From positions 1,952,001 to 2,016,000 of the forward strand of contig OZ252149.1 of NCBI GenBank assembly GCA_965248755.1: DNA of 64,000 bases, read 5' to 3'. The notes beneath the pieces were generated by a model. That model was not told where the DNA came from. It did no database searches and was given only the letters and a program-made list of their open reading frames with translations. The translations under genes and the position numbers were made by a program. Source of the DNA: Candidatus Latescibacterota bacterium (GTDB lineage Bacteria > Latescibacterota > CBDEFO01). This document shows positions 59,233 through 64,000 of this stretch, piece after piece. Within the stretch, counting starts at the first letter, position 1, and each line of letters starts with the position of its first letter.

Positions 59233-60768
59233 ATGCTATCAAAGGTACTAAGTAGCGCTACGCTGGGTATAGATGCCTATCTTGTCGAGGTTGAGACCGA
59301 CATAGACCGACAATTGCCCTCGTTTTCCATAGTCGGACTCCCTGATGCTGCGGTAAAGGAGAGCAAGGACCGAGTCGCCGCCGCTATTAAGAACTCCGGC
59401 CTCCTGTTCCCGCAGAAGAGGATCACAGTGAACCTGGCTCCGGCCGACATAAGGAAGGAGGGTTCTGCCTTCGACCTCCCTGTGGCTGTCGGCATTCTGG
59501 CCGCCACAAAGCAGGTTGAGCCGGGCTTCCTGGAGGACTACATGCTCGTTGGGGAACTCTCTTTAGACGGCTCGCTCCGACCGATAAGGGGCGTTCTCTC
59601 TATGGCGGTGGATGCAAAAGAGCGCGGACTCAGGGGTATTATCCTACCGAGGGAGAACGTCAAAGAAGCCGCAATGGCTGGACCTGAACTTGAGGTCTAT
59701 CCTGCCTTAAGCCTATCTGAGTCCGTCGGATTTCTCAACAGAGAGATTGCTCTACAGCCCCTCAGATTCGATATTGGACAGGTCTTTGCACAGAGCGGGG
59801 AATACACACTCGACTTTTTGGACGTCAAAGGCCAGGAGCATGTCAAAAGGTCCTTGGAAGTCGCCGCAGCAGGGGGACATAATATCATTATGATAGGCCC
59901 TCCCGGATCTGGCAAGACTATGCTTGCTCGCAGACTTCCTACTATACTCCCCGATCTTACGCAGGAGGAGGCTATCTCCACGACTAAGATACACTCTGTG
60001 GCCGGTCGCCTTGACGAAGATACAGCCCTCATAACTACTAGACCCTTTCGCTCTCCGCATCACACAATTAGCGACGCCGGACTTATCGGAGGAGGTCCCA
60101 ATCCGAAGCCTGGAGAGGTAAGTTTAGCCCATCACGGCGTACTATTCTTGGACGAACTGCCCGAATTTAAGAGATCTGTGCTGGAAGTTCTAAGGCAGCC
60201 CATCGAAGACGGAAGAGTCACAATATCCAGAGCCGCGGTCTCCCTTACCTATCCATCAACCTTCATGTTAGCCGCTGCGATGAATCCCTGCCCCTGCGGG
60301 TATTTTTCCGATCCTAACCGCGAGTGCACCTGCTCTCCACTTCTGATCCAGAGATACATGTCCAAAATATCGGGACCGCTGTTGGACAGGATAGATATAC
60401 ACATCGAGGTCCCCGCAGTCCGCTATAAGGAACTATCCGGGAACCCTACAGGCGAAAAATCAGAACTCATAAGGAAAAAGGTGAACAGGGCAAGGCAGAT
60501 TCAGCAAGCCAGATTCAAAGGATTGTCTGATACGTTCTGCAACGCCCAGATGGAATCCAAACAGATAAGGACGTTTTGCAAGATAGACGAAAAGGGGAAT
60601 GAACTCTTAAAGACGGCTATAACGAAGCTAGGTTTGTCCGCAAGGGCTTACGACAGGATTCTCAAAGTCTCAAGGACCATAGCTGATTTGGAGGGAAGTG
60701 AACACATACTTCCTCAGCATGTGGGCGAAGCCATACAGTACAGGAGTCTGGATAGGAATCTACTGTGA
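59233..60768 (+). CDS. comM: ComM/YifB Mg-chelatase-like AAA ATPase
   Basis: [32 protein letters not shown] and MNPCPCG motifs. Confidence 0.93.
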   Translation: MLSKVLSSATLGIDAYLVEVETDIDRQLPSFSIVGLPDAAVKESKDRVAAAIKNSGLLFPQKRITVNLAPADIRKEGSAFDLPVAVGILAATKQVEPGFLEDYMLVGELSLDGSLRPIRGVLSMAVDAKERGLRGIILPRENVKEAAMAGPELEVYPALSLSESVGFLNREIALQPLRFDIGQVFAQSGEYTLDFLDVKGQEHVKRSLEVAAAGGHNIIMIGPPGSGKTMLARRLPTILPDLTQEEAISTTKIHSVAGRLDEDTALITTRPFRSPHHTISDAGLIGGGPNPKPGEVSLAHHGVLFLDELPEFKRSVLEVLRQPIEDGRVTISRAAVSLTYPSTFMLAAAMNPCPCGYFSDPNRECTCSPLLIQRYMSKISGPLLDRIDIHIEVPAVRYKELSGNPTGEKSELIRKKVNRARQIQQARFKGLSDTFCNAQMESKQIRTFCKIDEKGNELLKTAITKLGLSARAYDRILKVSRTIADLEGSEHILPQHVGEAIQYRSLDRNLL

Positions 60769-60769
60769 G

Positions 60770-60915
60770 GGTATCACCGGGATATGGAGACACCTGATAA
60801 GCTGTTCAGCGTTCCACGGCAGCTGCTGAAGCGCGGATACAACCAATCTGATATAACCAAGATCCTGGCGGCAACTGGCTCGAACTCTTTGGGAGGTATG
60901 GGGCGAGTGATCTTG
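60770..60915 (+). pseudogene. C-terminal remnant of an M19 membrane dipeptidase
   Basis: LLKRGYNQSDITKIL(G)GNWL pattern across a frameshift. Confidence 0.55.
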
Positions 60916-61001
60916 AGGGGAAGCCTTTAGTCTAAGGGACGCCAAGCACTTCGCATGTTAGACTTCGAATACGATCAAATTCTGCAGATGAGGTGAAGAG
61001 A

Positions 61002-61190
61002 ATGGAACTTGGAAAGATCCTATATCTTTCCGGCAAAGATGTAGAAGACATCAATTTACCTATGAGCCAAATCATCCGATCCCTTGACCAGATGTTTAAG
61101 TATAAAATGGAAGGAAAACCTGTTTTCCCTCCTCAATTCCCGATTGATTCTATCGGGGATCACGAGGATCAATCTGCACAGGTCTTATAG
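61002..61190 (+). pseudogene. N-terminal stump of an ornithine cyclodeaminase / mu-crystallin family gene
   Basis: ILYLSGKDVE...IIRSLDQMF....GK...PP; similarity ends at palindrome copy 8. Confidence 0.65.
61138..61159. repeat. Palindrome copy 8
   Basis: TCCCGAT TGATTCT ATCGGGGA. Confidence 0.88.
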
Positions 61191-62438
61191 GTCAAAGCTA
61201 CCGCTTGAGATCGCATCTGCCATAGAAAGCGCCCTTACTGTCTCTTTCACATCGTGAACTCTCAGGACATTTACTCCGTTACAAGCGGCTATTACACACG
61301 CTGCTAAAGTCCCCTCTAAACGATCTTCAGGAGAAAGGTCTAACGTCTTGCCTATAAACGATTTTTTTGAAGGACCGACTAAGAGGGGACATCCCAACGA
61401 CGCCAATTCGCTTAATCTTCTTATAATCTCCAGATTATGTTCGGGCGTCTTGCCGAAGCCGATGCCCGGATCTACGATTATCTTATCCTCCCCTATTCCC
61501 ATTTGCCTGCACATGGACATCCTCTCTTGCAAAAACTCCCATATTTCTCCCATCAGATCGACATAAGAGGGATTCTTCTGCATAGTCTTGGGCGTTCCCA
61601 GAAGATGCATCAAGACCACAGGGGCCTCGTATTCTGTTGCCACAGCGATCATCTTCTGGTCGAGAGAGTCTGGCTTTGCTGCCACATCCTTCTGCATCCC
61701 CCTTAGGGCGCTTATGTCGTTGATTATGTCCGCTCCGGCATCCAGAGCGCATCTTGCGACTGTTGGTTTATACGTGTCTACGGATATGGGAATATCGGAC
61801 TTTCTTCTTATCGCCTCCACTGTCGGGACTACTCTTTCCACTTCCACATCAAAAGGCACAGTATCTGATCCGGGACGAGTCGATTCACCCCCTATATCTA
61901 TTATATCTGCGCCTTCTGCTATCATTCGCAAAGCCTGCCCTAAGGCCGCATCTTTTTCTATGAATCTGCCTCCATCTGAGAAAGAATCTGGCGTCACGTT
62001 CAATATGCCCATGACGTGCGTCCTGGACGAAAGGCATAAGCTCCGGTCCCTGAGACGGATCTGCAACTTATTCCCCCGCTCCTCTCTCTTTAAATGTTCC
62101 GATAGATCCATAGCCACCTTCTTTAAGCCGAATGGCTGAGCCTTTAGCTTCTTTGCCAGTTCGTTCAACTGCTTTAAAGTTCCCATAAGTAGCACATCGG
62201 ACTTCTCAAGCTTACAGTTTATCACTCCCTTAGCCACTCCTGCATCCCCTCCCAAAGACAACAGCTCCTGCTTTAGGATATTCGCCGCCGGAGAGGATAC
62301 TCCATATACCTTCACAACTTTGAAGAGAGCCTTATCGGACATCAGCGCCCGCCCGCCCGGATCAACGCCGAGAAGCCCCATTTCTCTTTCCACTTCGTCT
62401 CTATTTTTCAGACATATCGTCCTTATCAAATCTCTCAC
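61185..62438 (-). CDS. folP: Dihydropteroate synthase with an N-terminal extension (start about 62429-62438)
   Basis: MGILNVTPDSFSDGG, GGESTRPG, DPGIGFGK and LRVHDV motifs. Confidence 0.93.
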   Translation of the reverse strand: MRDLIRTICLKNRDEVEREMGLLGVDPGGRALMSDKALFKVVKVYGVSSPAANILKQELLSLGGDAGVAKGVINCKLEKSDVLLMGTLKQLNELAKKLKAQPFGLKKVAMDLSEHLKREERGNKLQIRLRDRSLCLSSRTHVMGILNVTPDSFSDGGRFIEKDAALGQALRMIAEGADIIDIGGESTRPGSDTVPFDVEVERVVPTVEAIRRKSDIPISVDTYKPTVARCALDAGADIINDISALRGMQKDVAAKPDSLDQKMIAVATEYEAPVVLMHLLGTPKTMQKNPSYVDLMGEIWEFLQERMSMCRQMGIGEDKIIVDPGIGFGKTPEHNLEIIRRLSELASLGCPLLVGPSKKSFIGKTLDLSPEDRLEGTLAACVIAACNGVNVLRVHDVKETVRALSMADAISSGSFDL

Positions 62439-62583
62439 TCCAGAACTACAAAGCTCTCTACGTCGTAATTCAAAAAAGGGATGGAAATGATGCCGCATCT
62501 TGGTAGTTTGTAAGGCATCCTTCCATCCCTTTTTACTCTGCGAATTTGTCCTTTACATTCAGGGTCAAGCTTTGACGCTATAT

Positions 62584-64000
62584 CTATCTGTTTTGGGGCT
62601 GCTCCTTTGAAGTGCCCACATCCTCCTGCTCTCTGCCGTCTTGTGAATCTTTATCTTTGGAATCTGGCGCTTTGCCCTTTTGAGTATCCTTTGAATCCGA
62701 ATGGGGTGAATGTTCTGGGCTTTCACCGTCCTGGTTTGAGGTGGGGCTTCTGCTAGGATTCGTGCGAGACGGCGTACTTCTTCTCCTGCGAGGTTGCTTA
62801 CTCCTGCCCTTTCGAAGGTCCTCCCCAGCCAGGACCCTATCTATTTGAGAACCGTCCAATACCTCTAACTCCAAAAGGATCTCAGCCAGAGTATGCATCT
62901 TATCTGTATTATCTCTCAACAACTGCTCCACCTTCTTTTCGGCTCCTGTGACTAACTTCTCTACCTCCTCATCAATAATCTGCGCTGTCTTTTCGCTGTA
63001 GTCCCTGCGCTTGGCTATCTCCCTTCCTAAGAATATCTCCTCTTCTTTCTTCCCGTAGGTTATAGGGCCCAAACGATCGCTCATTCCCCATTCACACACC
63101 ATATTCCGTGCAAGGTTTGTAGCCTGCTCATAATCGTTTCCTGAGCCAGTGCTCATCTCGCCAAAGACAATCTTTTCGGCTACCCTTCCTCCTAAAACAT
63201 GAGCTATCTTTCCCAGACAGTAGGTCTTTGAATAAGTATGTTTTTCGTCTATAGGCAGAAAATGCGTTACACCTAAGGCCTTTCCCCTCGGAATTATCGT
63301 CACCTTATGCACAGGATCACTCCCTGGAATAAGCTTTGCGACCAGAGAATGGCCCACCTCGTGATAGGCAATCAGTTTCTTCTCCTCATCAGAGATCACC
63401 AGGCTCCTTCGCTCCGCGCCCATCATAACCTTGTCCTTTGAATCCTCAAAGTCCTGCGTCGTTACGTTCTTCCGGTTGCGCCTGGAGGCTAAAAGAGCCG
63501 CCTCGTTCACCAGATTCTCCAGATCTGCCCCTGAAAGCCCCGGTGTTCCTCTGGCCAACACCTTCAAATTCACACCCTTTGCAAGTGGAATGTGCTTCAG
63601 TCTGGTATGAACCCTCAGAATGCCCTCTCTGCCCTTCACATCTGGTCTTTCTACTACGACCTGTCTGTCGAACCGCCCCGGCCTCAAAAGTGCAGGGTCT
63701 AACACATCTGGCCTATTGGTAGCTGCGATTAAGATTACGCCTTCGTTGGTGTTGAATCCATCCATCTCCACGAGGAGCTGGTTCAACGTCTGCTCGCGCT
63801 CATCGTGTCCGCCGCCTATCCCTGCGCCCCTGTGTCTTCCTACAGCATCCAGTTCGTCTATGAATATAATGCACGGAGCGCTGTTCTTTCCCTGATCAAA
63901 GAGGTCCCTTACTCTGGACGCTCCCACGCCCACAAACATCTCCACAAAATCGGACCCGCTCATGCTGTAGAACGGGACCTCGGCTTCGCCCGCTACGGCC
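62584..64000 (-). CDS. ftsH: ATP-dependent zinc metalloprotease FtsH (5' part outside the window)
   Basis: [31 protein letters not shown] and HEVGH motifs. Confidence 0.97.
   Translation of the reverse strand, partial: AVAGEAEVPFYSMSGSDFVEMFVGVGASRVRDLFDQGKNSAPCIIFIDELDAVGRHRGAGIGGGHDEREQTLNQLLVEMDGFNTNEGVILIAATNRPDVLDPALLRPGRFDRQVVVERPDVKGREGILRVHTRLKHIPLAKGVNLKVLARGTPGLSGADLENLVNEAALLASRRNRKNVTTQDFEDSKDKVMMGAERRSLVISDEEKKLIAYHEVGHSLVAKLIPGSDPVHKVTIIPRGKALGVTHFLPIDEKHTYSKTYCLGKIAHVLGGRVAEKIVFGEMSTGSGNDYEQATNLARNMVCEWGMSDRLGPITYGKKEEEIFLGREIAKRRDYSEKTAQIIDEEVEKLVTGAEKKVEQLLRDNTDKMHTLAEILLELEVLDGSQIDRVLAGEDLRKGRSKQPRRRRSTPSRTNPSRSPTSNQDGESPEHSPHSDSKDTQKGKAPDSKDKDSQDGREQEDVGTSKEQPQNR

Noticed and set aside
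59233..60768. comM as an interrupted integration hotspot
   Set aside because: The ORF is full length and uninterrupted.
6683..61159. Palindromes or the 39-bp repeats as a CRISPR array
   Set aside because: Copies are kilobases apart, with no regular spacers and no cas genes.
1..64000. tRNA or rRNA genes
   Set aside because: No cloverleaf with T-loop motif or rRNA-like segment was noticed by eye; a tRNAscan/Infernal run would be needed to exclude them.

Overview
Bacterial chromosomal window, probably from an anaerobic diderm of the FCB group (inferred from an FlgD-Ig-type C-terminal fragment, DUF1844 and a peptidase-TolB-beta-barrel protein). Core or housekeeping blocks occupy about 1-13.3 kb and 42.5-64 kb: 2-oxoacid:ferredoxin oxidoreductase, PepP, MetE-like protein, BioF, GH57, MATE, Opp ABC, ManA, K+ channel, ComM, FolP and FtsH. 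Between them is an accessory region of about 29 kb. It holds nested IS remnants (IS1595, IS256, two IS3), a broken tyrosine recombinase next to a perfect 11-6-11 dif-like site, and a decaying iron-uptake island (Rrf2-ferritin-like fusion, FTR1-DUF2318-YHS, FtsX-type ABC, DtxR pseudogene, porin, FMN-binding protein, PepSY). It also holds a SIR2 cassette bounded by 39-bp direct repeats and a PLD-SNF2 helicase plus N6-adenine MTase plus HicBA defence locus. The most striking unannotated signal is a 21-25 bp palindrome, CCCGAT-WGAWTCW-ATCGGG, present in eight clear copies. It appears to insert into genes: in frame into an ABC transporter, out of frame into an IS1595 transposase, and into a simple repeat with an apparent TAG duplication. 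Several frameshifts fall in homopolymers and may be sequencing errors. I found no rRNA, tRNA or CRISPR array. All family assignments come from motif recognition by eye, not database searches.
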